Shown here: one piece after another, positions 12,946 through 23,440 of the stretch
How positions within the stretch are numbered: the first letter of the stretch is position 1
Layout of the letters: every line of letters begins with the position of its first letter
Source: Epiperipatus broadwayi
Lineage: Eukaryota; Animalia; Onychophora
Length of the DNA stretch: 64,000 bases
Assembly (NCBI GenBank): GCA_028023455.1
Contig: JAQFVV010000004.1
Span: 12,214,001 to 12,278,000 of the forward strand
Reading direction: 5' to 3'
Program-made: the position numbers and the translations under genes
Notes under the pieces: model-generated
Seen by the model: only the letters and a program-made list of their open reading frames with translations
Told to the model about the DNA's origin: nothing
Database searches by the model: none

Positions 12946-14187
12946 TTGAGTTTGTGGCAAAAATCAAAAACACAAATAAATGCAGACACAAAGCTAGCAG
13001 CTATGGACATAACCGAGTTGTATGGTTCCATCATCAGACCAAAATCTATAGATATCGTAAAGGAAGCAATGGCTAACAGGAATATAGACCAAGCCCGGAT
13101 TACGTTTATAATTGAGTTCTTAAGTTGGCTATATAATAATATAATGGCAATGTTTAATGGGGAGTGGTATTATATGAAGGATGGATGGCCTATGGGTCTT
13201 CCAATTAGTGGGATTATTGCCAGCATTGTAATTGACCATCATGAACAACATATCTTGCCAAAATATGATAACTTATCAGATTTTAAAATCTACACTAGAT
13301 ATGTGGATGATCTGTTTATAGTTGCCAACACTGATGTCATTAATGAAATCAAAAATGAACTCCAGAACAGCTCTCTTTTGACTTTAAACATGGAATGGGA
13401 AGATCTTAACAAGCTAGTAAAATATCTAGATTTGTTGGTTCAACATAAACACACACACTTGACATACAAAATGTTTATGAAACCAGTTGAAGTATGAGGC
13501 CATATCCAACCCAGTTCCATCACACCCACCAACCATAAATTAGCTGGGTTCACATCTTTTCTGCACAGGAACCAACAGCTGTGTAAGTTGGATGCAGACA
13601 GGAAGACAAATTTAATATTATACAGGGAAGACTTACTGAAGATGGGGTTCAAACACAGGCTGATCGACAGAAAGATCATACATTTTAACAAGAAAGTAAC
13701 CAGCAATACATCCAATGTGCATACACACAGGCTGCTGCTGCCATACATTCCTAATTTACATAACAAATTTTATGAAATATTTAACAGACAGTTTCAACTA
13801 ACTTTTCACCCCCCCCCCATAGTTCTAACAGATTGCTTAACAACACTAAAGATAAATTAGCACTGTTTCAAACACCTCAAGCCATTTATAATATTGCATG
13901 CACTCATGCAAATTGTAGATACTCATATTATGGAGAGACCAAGGCAGCAATAGAAACCAGATTACAACAACATAAATATGCGTTATTCAATTTTTGCAAT
14001 TCATCAAAAAATAACAGGACACCAGTGTGAACCTAAAGATGTCAGCCTGGTCTGCAAAGAAAGGCACGATTTGAAAAGAAAAGTGAAGGAGGCCTGCTTC
14101 ATATCGATGGATTGCAACGCCATCAGCCGCAAGAACACGTTTCACAATATCAATAAAATGGAGCAATTAACCTTGAACTTTGCATAA
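12946..14187 (+). pseudogene. PLE RT-GIY-YIG polyprotein, disrupted
   Basis: ORFs 12946-13497 and 13588-13860 are in one frame separated by a single TGA (13495-97). There is a frameshift in a C10 run (~13809-13818) and a second one near 13990. Confidence 0.9.
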
Positions 14188-14210
14188 TTGCATATAATTA
14201 ATTCACTTAG

Positions 14211-14254
14211 AGCTATGAAGATGAGAGCACATCTCTTGAAAGTACTCGCAGAAT
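14211..14254 (+). ncRNA. Degenerate PLE hammerhead motif
   Basis: (A)TGAAGA-T-GAGAG/CTCTT-GAAA(14238-41)-GTAC-TC-GCAG with palindromic helix III AGTACT. C3 and helix I are altered. It lies between the stop codon and the terminal repeat. Confidence 0.6.
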
Positions 14255-14428
14255 AGTATAATTTTATTTTATTTTGTTTTAAGTATAAAATAGCTTTGCG
14301 TTCAGGTGCAATAGCGGCTATATTATTTTACAATGTACGACTTTGAGAATAATCTTATTTGCATATGATATGAGAGCTATAACATGATAGCTTGCATACC
14401 CTGTCAATATCTATTTGATGTAAGAAGA

Positions 14429-14806
14429 CAAAACATATTAACAATCAAAAATTCATCTAATCTCACTCCCCTTTCCTACTGCAAACAATCACAACATAAT
14501 CACAAAAACCTTTTTTACATAAAAAAAAAAATCTATATATATATTCTTTAAAAACATTCAATTAACCTATTATTTTCTCTTCTCTTTTTCCATTAACATT
14601 CTATTTAACTCTGGTTTTATTTCATTAATAAATAGAATGTTAATGAAAAAAGAGAAGAGAAAATAATAGGTTAATTGAACGTTTTTAAAGGATATATATA
14701 GATTTTTTTTAATTTAAAAAAGGAGGTTTTTGTGATTATGTTGTGATTGTTTGCAATAGGAAAGGGGAGTGAGATAAGGTGAATTTTTGATTCTGAATAT
14801 ATTTTG
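14429..14806. repeat. Fold-back palindrome, ~178-bp arms, 21-nt loop
   Basis: 14429-14607 is the reverse complement of 14629-14806 at roughly 90% identity. Confidence 0.9.
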
Positions 14807-15149
14807 TAATTTTTATTGAAAAAAAAATTTTTGGGGGGAATATGTGATATTTATTATTATTATATATATAAATATATTTAGTGTGCCTTGAAAAAGACTA
14901 TATAAAATAGTCAAAACAATGGATTTTTTATTGATGATTATAGTCATATAAAAAGCAAATTTTTAAAAGAAGTTTGTTTATTTATATATTGGATATTTAT
15001 GAACTATTTTGGAAAGAACTGTGTGGTTGATATATTAAATTCTATAAACATTTTCATCAAAATTATGTAAATGTATATCTCTATAGTATAATATTTCAGT
15101 ATATTTCATCCACCTTTAATTGATCTTTGTTGCTTCAGTTATAATCTGT

Positions 15150-15780
15150 ATACTAATATTATCTACCAAATCTACTCATTGGAAAAATTAACTTTTGATA
15201 TCATCAATTTCCTGAAGATTAGTTCTTGTGCTTCCAAAAGTATTTAACATTTTTGAAAATATTACATTTAACATTGTCTTTTATGAATGTTCCTCAATAT
15301 TTACTCATTAATATCTTAAAAGATTATTATCATTTTTAAATTTTATTTTATTATCTTTATTTTTCTAATTTGCAATTATCACTATATTTTCCAAGTTGTT
15401 TTTTGAATTTTCTATGGTTAATCTAAGATGAATTTTTATCTTAAATTGTCATTATAATTATTTCTTTCAATTCCTCCCCAGTTCACTCTCTACTAATTTC
15501 TTTCAAATCTTAAATTTATTTCTAATATTATTTATAATAAAAAAATACTTCCATTAAATTATATTTAAGATATTGGACAAACATGTACAACCATTTCAGT
15601 TTCACTTGATATTTATACATCTACTCCACAAGCTACTGAACATGCTTTTGCTAATAAAATTTTAAGACTTTCTCTGAGAGTGACAAATTAATTAATGTGA
15701 CTCTTCCAACAGTGATGTTCATGTGTATATTCAGAACTTTTCCAACTTAAAAACAATAAAAAACACTGAATCGTCAGAAG
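15150..15780 (-). mobile_element. Possible LINE AP-endonuclease remnant
   Basis: Fragments such as EMVVHVCP (VYAP-like) and a purine-rich minus strand; very decayed. Confidence 0.3.
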
Positions 15781-15990
15781 CAAATTAAAATTTGTTTTCT
15801 TTTTGGCTCTATTTCTTAGTTTCACAGTCCATTCATTAATCATTAAAAATATATCAAGCTGTAAGAATTCTCATGTTCTATATAATTTTTATAATAATTA
15901 ACTCAATTTCATATACACTTTCTTCAGAAGTGGTAGTATGGATTTGGGGTCCACAAAATCAAACTAAAATTATTCATATATTTATATCCA

Positions 15991-16281
15991 ATGAACTCAG
16001 ACTTTCAAACACCCACCAACTATCCACACTACCTCATACAACTGATATACATAACCATACACATGTAGAAAAGATAAATAATCACCAATATACGTATTTC
16101 ATGCTAAAACAGCACTCATCATTGGTCCAGATTATCATCTCCCACACACATATATAATCAGTACTCAGTTTTATATTAAGATAGCATATCTTCACACTTT
16201 AATGGACAGACTTCAATATACTCCAACCTCCAACTTTTTAGCCATCCACGTCAGTGAAAGTCTGATGATGGAAAGCCCAAA
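15991..16281 (-). mobile_element. Element A, near full copy
   Basis: Reverse complement is colinear with 30120-30410. Confidence 0.85.
16082..16135 (-). ncRNA. Type I hammerhead ribozyme lacking C3
   Basis: Minus strand: CCAA-TGATGA-GTGCTG/TAGCAT-GAAA-TACGTA-TA-TTGG with palindromic ATACGTAT. Confidence 0.7.
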
Positions 16282-16321
16282 TTCCATGCTGATGCCAACA
16301 TTATCGCCATGCCCATGTTGC

Positions 16322-16455
16322 CCCGCTGGTTTAGCATGAAATACATATATTGGTGATTTTTATCTTTTCTACATGTATGTGGTCATGTACATCATTGTAT
16401 GAGATAGTGTGGATAGTTGGTGGGTGTTTAAAAGTTTGAGTTCAAATCCCCTATA
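16322..16455 (+). mobile_element. Element A, 3' half starting inside hammerhead helix II
   Basis: gctggtttagcatgaaatacatatattgg...gagttcaaatccc; inverted relative to 15991-16115. Confidence 0.85.
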
Positions 16456-18449
16456 TTTACAATTAATCTCCAGGTATGTGAAGAGTGCCTGGTTTTCAAA
16501 TATTTATATCCAATGACAAACTTTAAAGTTTCTTCTTGATAAAAAAATCATCACAATTTATCCCCCCCTCCCAATCTTAATAAAAGATAATATAGTCTCT
16601 AGATCTAAAATCTCCCAGTTAACTTCATCTTGCTCACTATTTCCTAAAATATTACTGTGTAAATAATTATTTCCATATTTAATAACATTAAATTTTTCTT
16701 GTTTTATAAACCCCACATTCCAAGTTTTAATAGTAATATTTTTTACAAATTGAAATTTTCCTTTGCCACACAGCAACATTTAAAAATATATTACATATTG
16801 TTGGCTTTTCCCCAGAATTATGTTCACTGCCTTCAGATCCGATGGACTCTCATTTCAGATGGCTATTTTATTTATTATTGCTTTCTACCAAGAACTTTAA
16901 AAGGTTTAACAGAATATGATCAGCTACTATCATCCTGCAATGAGGTCACTGAGAGATTTTAGTAATAAAACACTAAGAAATATAATTATTCAAAAACTAA
17001 ATAAAAAGATAATAATAATGAGACAACTTTATACTTTTTATAGTGACATATTAGAAGACAGAAGATAATATTAGAAGAGTTTAGTATAAAATGACAGTGT
17101 AATAAATAGATGGAAAAGACAATAAACAGCCCTTTGGATTTGCTAAATTCATATTAATTAGTTGGAGAATCGGTAATAAATTATATATAAAAATTCAATA
17201 AGTAAAAAAACTGAGTAATTTTATTATTAAATGTGTAGTTTCCTCTCTATTAATATATATATTAATTTAATTCTATTGTGAAAAGGAAATAGAAACTTTT
17301 ACCAGATTAACGTATAACTAATATTACAATTATTAACAGTTTATAAACTTTTAATAAACCTAAACACGGAAATACGCATAGTTATAAAATATGAATAAAA
17401 GAAAAAGTTAGTATAAATAAATTGTACTAAAAATTTTTCAAAATGTATAGTTATTAACTTTTACGAGATCATTTTATTATAAGCCTTTCTTTACATAATA
17501 TAAAAATATCCAGAATTCACTATTTAAATAGTAATATCTAGTAAAAAATTTAATCAAAACTTTAAAATATATATGAAATATTAAATATTCACTTTCATTA
17601 TCAACTTTTATTACAAATAGTTCTATTTTAAGATTTTCTAAAGTAAAATAATATTAAGGTAGACTTATAGTTACAATAATATTATAATCATTATTTAAGT
17701 AAAAATTCTTAATAAACTTTTCGTGAGTAAATATTAATAAAAAAAATATTTATTTTTATATATATACAGAATCTGAAATCGAAACGGAAGTAATTCAAAC
17801 TCCCAGTGAATAATGTATAATTAATAATCAACCGATAATAAATTATGAAAGAATAGAATAATACCAATAAATTCCTTTAGCTTTGATTGTAATGTAGCTC
17901 ACTGGGAGATGCAGTTTCTGTTTTAATTTCATACACGTTAATCTACGATCATTTATAGTTATATATACATACTAGCTGAATAAAGAAGTTTGCTGTTAAC
18001 TGAAAGGTGACTTTTTGATTCCCCTTTAAGACTTTAAATGAATGGAGTAATATTAATTTATAATGTCCACTCCATATATTATTGTCATTGCGGCTGTTAC
18101 TAATGTGTGTTTATACATATATTAACAAACATGGATATATACATCATGAACATACATCATCCAGCATAGTGATTTTATTAGGTTTTACTTTTGAATTTAA
18201 CCAATATCAAGAAATATCATGACTTTTCTTCTCGGTTGTCCGATAATTTTTAACTGAAATATCAATTGAATTTTCTTGAAGGCAGTGTTACTTTAATTGA
18301 TGTTCACAGTTATGACATTCAAAACTAAATTATGATCCTTGTTTCTAGAGGGCTGTAAAATCATCAACAATCTAGAAATTGGCAAAGACAGAGTGTGCTA
18401 AGGATTTCCGTTTTGTAGATCCAGGCTACCATTTATTGATAAGTTTTTC

Positions 18450-19810
18450 TATGCACTTACAATTGCATATCATATTCAAGTGAAGAAAGATTGCATGAAT
18501 TGGAAAAAGAATTGTGCATCATTAAATGGGACATTCTTAGACTTTGTGAATAATGAAAGAATAATTGATTAAAAATAGTGGAAATGTACTTTAATACAAA
18601 GACAGAAATATTGAAAGTGCGAGTAAAGTGGCATTCACCATTGTTGTAGAGAATAATGATATATCAGACAGAATGGTAATATTACTTATTCAAATTAACA
18701 GAACATACCTAAAGTATATAATTCAGATTTATGTCTAAACTAATTCTCATTGTATGAAGAAGAAATAATTTTTATATGGTCATACAAAGAGTTTTGATCA
18801 GAACAAACAACCTTTTAAAATTGTCATAAAAACATTAATGCTAGAATTGGTAAAAGAATAAAGTACTGTGAAAAATTTGGTTAAAGAACTAAAAATAAGA
18901 GAGGACACAAATTTGTGGAATGCACAAAAAAAGATGGACATGGAATTGACCAAATGAACTCACAGCAGAAATGAATTAGATTTTGATTAACAGAGAATAT
19001 GTATTTTAAGACTGTAGTGCCCTTAATAGATTCAAGACAAGGGTGATCATTGATTAGTGAGAAGTAAAACATATTAATGCAGAACTAGAGAAAGAAAAAC
19101 TATCAATGAAATACTCCAATAAATATAATTAGAACTTGTCTCAAAAATGTAAAATAATATGTTGATATTGGAAAAAAAGTTGTTTTTGTAAAAAAAAAAA
19201 CTATTACTAAATAAAACATGAAATTGAGAAATGTGTTAAAAGAGTTCTATAAAGAATTATCATAAAGAATGAAAAAACAAAATATCCCTGCACTAAATAC
19301 ATCCTTTAAATTACCAAGTATTTAAAATGAAGAGATGAGACACGCAATTAAAGTTATGAAAATGAGAAAAGGTCCAGGACATAATGGAATTATAAATAAG
19401 CATATGAAGAAAAATAAAAATTGTTGACAAATCTATATAATAACTGTCTACATGATAAAGATATAACAGATATTTGAAAGAATGCAGTAATAATATTGAT
19501 ATTTTAGAAAGATAACTAAGAAGATATTAGAAATTACAGATCTATCAGTCTTCTATCGATTCTATAGAAAATCCTTTACTAAGATAATTATAACTTATAT
19601 ACAGTGAAATTTGGATTCTAACTAATCAAAAAATACCCTAGAATTAAAATAGGTTTTAATATAATAGATCATTTAGAAGAATTGAGAAGAGTTATAAAAA
19701 TAATCAATGAATATGAATTGTTATAATTCTTTGCATTTTTGTGATTATGAAAAGGCATTTGATTATATGATGATTAACATTTGGATCATTAAGATACATA
19801 TCTAAAATAT
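18450..19810 (+). mobile_element. RTE-type LINE, endonuclease to RT N-half, degenerate
   Basis: EERLHELEKELCIIKWDILRLCE; AIKVMKMRKGPGHNGI; NYRSISLL; DYEKAFD. Confidence 0.8.
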
Positions 19811-20644
19811 AATGAAACAGTAAGGTCTGCTTTGCAGATCTTTGTTTCACCTTTTCTCACCTATTTCCTATCTTCATACCTTAGTTTGAACCCCAATCTA
19901 TCGTAGCGTATCTGCAATACGCTTATATACTGAAAATCACGCCTAATTTTAAACCACAAGTACAATGCTCATATTATATATATAACTCATTCCTAAATAA
20001 ATAAAATATTACAGATTATGTATATGTTCACATAATTTTGATTTATTAAAAAGTAGGTTATATAAGTTGTAATTGTGCACACACTATGATATGCATTTTA
20101 AAAACATATCAAAATTATAAATTGTTAATTAAAGTTATTTTGTTTGAATCTATTTACATATATATATTACCGTTGTAATATATTTTTGATTTAAAATAAA
20201 ATTCATGTTCGTTTAGTAAATAGATTCAAATATTGCAATTTAAAAAGTAAAATCATTTTCTTTAATTTAATAAAAGTTATTCCAAATATTTCTGTTAAAA
20301 TGAGGGACAATAGTTTAATTATTTCATGTTGTAATTAGTTAATGTTATATAAGTTTATCTAAAAACAGCAGATGTCCACTTAAGGTTTTCTTTAATTAGT
20401 AAAAGTAATTTTTAATTAAATCTAGTTTGTAATTGGAATGTCAACAGGGAAATTAACAAAAGACATTAATTAATGTTGAATTCCTTTAGACATTCGGATA
20501 GATTTAATTACAGCTGATAAGTCCGATATATTTTTGTAATGCTCCAGGGCAGTTCTATTGTTAATTTCTAATATAAAAAGGAGGGTTTTCTTTTGTTCTG
20601 CATTCTAATGTTTCTAAGAGAAATCATTCTGAGGTCTAATGTTT

Positions 20645-20878
20645 CTAACCAAAATTATTGTAGTAATTTGTAAATCTTGACATGACAGAGTAGAGAGCAA
20701 GTAGGCTATTTCTCTCCAGAATGGTCATATGCTGCCGTAGACCATCGGAAGTTATCACACAAGGAACCCTGGAACTGCTGCTGATGCCAAAAATAGGAAC
20801 ATTTCCAGATTTTGCTGTTAAATTATATAAAAACCTGCCGACCATCAATCTACCCAAAATGCTTCTCCAGAGGTAACC
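20645..20878 (-). CDS. Candidate host exon, model 1 (exon 2), unknown product
   Basis: TTTAG acceptor then an open frame GYLWRSILGRLMVGRFLYNL...YNNFG; GC-richer than the flanks. A competing plus-strand model overlaps it. Confidence 0.3.
   Translation of the reverse strand, partial: GYLWRSILGRLMVGRFLYNLTAKSGNVPIFGISSSSRVPCVITSDGLRQHMTILERNSLLALYSVMSRFTNYYNNFG
20720..20872 (+). CDS. Candidate host exon, model 2, unknown product
   Basis: ctatttctctccAG acceptor, AG|GTAACC donor, open frame MVICCRRPSEVITQGTLELLLMPKIG...; phase-compatible with 21430-21507. Confidence 0.3.
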
Positions 20879-21429
20879 CTAAATTAACCCAAGAGCTCTT
20901 GTGATAACTAACATGCTATAGCTATTTTAAATTGTTTTTTCTTATATTTCACATAACTTCATTATGTATTTCTTTAACGTGTTTAAATATACTCAACATT
21001 TTGCTCTCTATCCTTGGGTTAATATTTTCTATTTATTAAGCTTTCTGTTATTTTATTATGATAATGTGTCAGAATCATCTTTGACCGAGTGAATTATTCC
21101 TTTTGTTGAAAATAAGATGCCGCTATGAAGGCATATTTTAAATTTCTAAATAATTTCCAATCACTCGTTCAAGGGTGATTCTTTTCTTTAATATATAATA
21201 TAATCACATAATTTAAAATCTACATGTTCTTGATTTTAATCTAATATGAGAGTATGTGTGAGGTCAATGATTAAATGTGTCCCCTAATGCATGATTGCGT
21301 ATATAAATCTATACTTACTTTTCAAACCCGCAAGCATGCATTTTCCTATTTTAATTACTGTGTTCTACTTTAATTACAAAGTTCATCATTGACATCAAGA
21401 ATGTGCGGACCCTTTTAAATGAATTTCAG

Positions 21430-21507
21430 GGAATTTGATTGGGCATTTCTCTTAATCCAAGTAAAACCCATTCAGTATGTTTTATATACACTAGTCTTGT
21501 ATTGCTG
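21430..21507 (+). CDS. Candidate host exon, model 2
   Basis: TTTCAG|G acceptor, TG|GTAAGT donor, single open frame EFDWAFLLIQVKPIQYVLYTLVLYC. Confidence 0.3.
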
Positions 21508-21627
21508 GTAAGTGAATTGGTTGTTGAGACCGCTTTGTTTTACTTTTCCAAGGATTCTTTACACGGCCAAGTTCGTTCTCTTCGCTTATTGCAGTTTCCA
21601 GGCAGAGTGTGTCCATAAATGACACAC

Positions 21628-21723
21628 CTGGGAATTAAACACAATCATCACCCAGTCGCTAAGTTTCGGCTGTTCATAAAATACTTTCCTACTGGTTGGC
21701 GGTGAGACGCCCTCCGTAATCAT
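21628..21723 (-). CDS. Candidate first coding exon, model 1
   Basis: ATG with an upstream in-frame stop, MITEGVSPPTSRKVFYEQPKLSDWVMIVFNSQ, CAG|GTGTGT donor, phase 0 matching 20878. Confidence 0.3.
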
Positions 21724-22032
21724 TCCAAATATTCCATTATTGTTTTATTTTATATTTATTTTACAAAGCATGCATGACTTAAATGTGTCACACTCTCCAA
21801 CTTTAATAAATTCATTATCAGCAATACTGACCTTCCAATGCAACTCTATTATTATTATTATTCACAAATAAATGCTTTGATCACATTCCCACTTTGTTGC
21901 TTAGTAAGCTTTTGTCCGTGCTATTTTCGAAATCAATAAATATTTTATAACACTTAATTTCAAATATTTTCTTAAACTTGTATAATTACTCAAAGCACCT
22001 CGCACATGTTCCTATCTCATCAAGCACATTAT

Positions 22033-22531
22033 TGTAATGCTATTAGCCCCAGGAATAGAATATATCACTTTGCTTTAAAACCTTTTTGTCATTTATTGGA
22101 TTATAATGCCAACAATTATTTAATACACGTCCCTGTCTCATATAAGCAGACAGTGGCACTATATATATAATTTATATAAATAAATTTTGTGAAATTATTT
22201 AAAACTAAATTTGATCTCTTATTTTATTGATTCCTATCACTGTCTCGGTCTATATATATATTTTCTGCATTTCTTTTGTAAATCCATAGACGTTAATTAG
22301 CCACCCAAGCTTCTTTTAGTATAGAGTCTTTTGTTTCTCCCTGACTACCAGGCACCGATCAAAGGTTGTACTAGCATCAGATGTGTTATCACTTAGATGG
22401 CGCTGTGAAATTTGGACTTTAGATTCGAACTTAGTATATCTAGAAGGCAACCCCTCCTAGAATGTTCAGTTTCGTGTCTGGGGTTCCAATTCTACAGTGT
22501 GTTAGCAAGATAGACGATTCTGACTGTTACA
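22033..22531 (-). mobile_element. Possible solo LTR
   Basis: TGTAA...TTACA termini, GC-richer interior, TATA-like and AATAAA motifs on the minus strand. Flanks attat/ataat match 4/5, so the TSD is ambiguous. Confidence 0.35.
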
Positions 22532-23440
22532 ATAATATTCTGAAAAAGTATTTATAAAATTGCAACAGCTTATACAAAAAAAGCTTAACACTGAGAAGAA
22601 TATGACATGGTGATTCTATATCTGCAACCTTTTTACAGCAGTTTTAAAAGAAATGTTTTGTGGATTAAAATTTAATCCAAGGGAATAAAAATAAATGATA
22701 TTATTCATTGTGACTGCTTTCACAAATAATGTGTCAGAGCTTCAGAAAATCTGGCAAGAGTTATCAGATGAAAGTAAGAAAGTAGGATTAAAGATGAGTA
22801 CTAAAAAGATTAATATAATGTTTGATGGATTTTTTTTTTCAGAAAAAAAACCTGCAAAAGATTGAAAATCATAAATTAGAAGTTAGCATTCACAAATACT
22901 CTCTTTAAATTATTAATACAGATGGAACATAATGGATAATATAAATAAGAATTAAATTTAAATGGAGTACTTTTGGTAGAAATAACTTTGCGTTAAAAAG
23001 AAATACACCTATGTGTTTGTAAAGGAATGTTTTTAGTAGATGTGTTTTACCATTCTTATTTATGGACCTGAAACTTGGCCATGCAACAGAAGAGTAATAT
23101 ACATACTTCAGACTACTCAACAAAGTAAAGAGACATTTATGTTGAGAGTACTAAAAACAATCAAAAGTGAAATACTTGTGTGAAAGAAGAAATAAGTATC
23201 ATTGACAACATTGAAAAAAATCAAGATACTGAAATAAATATATTTCTAAAAGAAATAATAACAGATAGTTAATTAGATTCTTAAATGGAATTCAAAGAGA
23301 TTAATACCCAGAAAGCAACCATGTGTGAAATATATAAATGATGTAGGAAGAGAACCCATGATATTGGAGAATTATATTACACATGGAGAGATGATCCTAG
23401 CTAGGAATGATAATAGTTGAAAATAATAATGATGAAAAAA
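22532..23440 (+). mobile_element. RTE-type LINE, RT C-half to 3' end, degenerate
   Basis: HGDSISATFFTAVL; SKKVGLKMSTKK; CVLP..YGPETW; ends with gat/aat repeats. Confidence 0.75.

Larger units (their letters stand above)
12808..14333 (+). mobile_element. Penelope-like retroelement, 5'-truncated, with inverted terminal pseudo-LTR copy
   Basis: RT motifs GWPMGLPISGIIA and RYVDDLF; GIY-YIG AIYNIAC...YYGET...RLQQH; 79-bp inverted repeat 12808-12886 / 14255-14333 with 1 mismatch. Confidence 0.95.

Noticed and set aside
13495-13497. In-frame TGA as possible selenocysteine (as in Naiad PLEs)
   Set aside because: The endonuclease here is C-terminal (not Naiad-type), no SECIS was recognised, CGA>TGA decay is simpler, and other lesions exist.
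15873-16157. 94-aa ORF
   Set aside because: It is the antisense reading of element A plus AT-rich flank.
16262-16281. CTGATGATGG on the opposite strand of element A (also 30125-30140)
   Set aside because: No GAAA or paired helix II follows, so it is not a second-polarity hammerhead.
16816-16962. Possible plus-strand exon after cttttccccAG
   Set aside because: No good donor, no recognisable protein and no phase-linked partner.
19905-19935. AGCGTAT/ATACGCT hairpin followed by CTGA as a Helitron 3' end
   Set aside because: The stem is short, no 5' TC end or second copy was found, and it could be chance.
21690-21720. GGCG/CGCC hairpin as part of an HDV-like ribozyme
   Set aside because: Could not build P1, P1.1 and P2 of the nested double pseudoknot.
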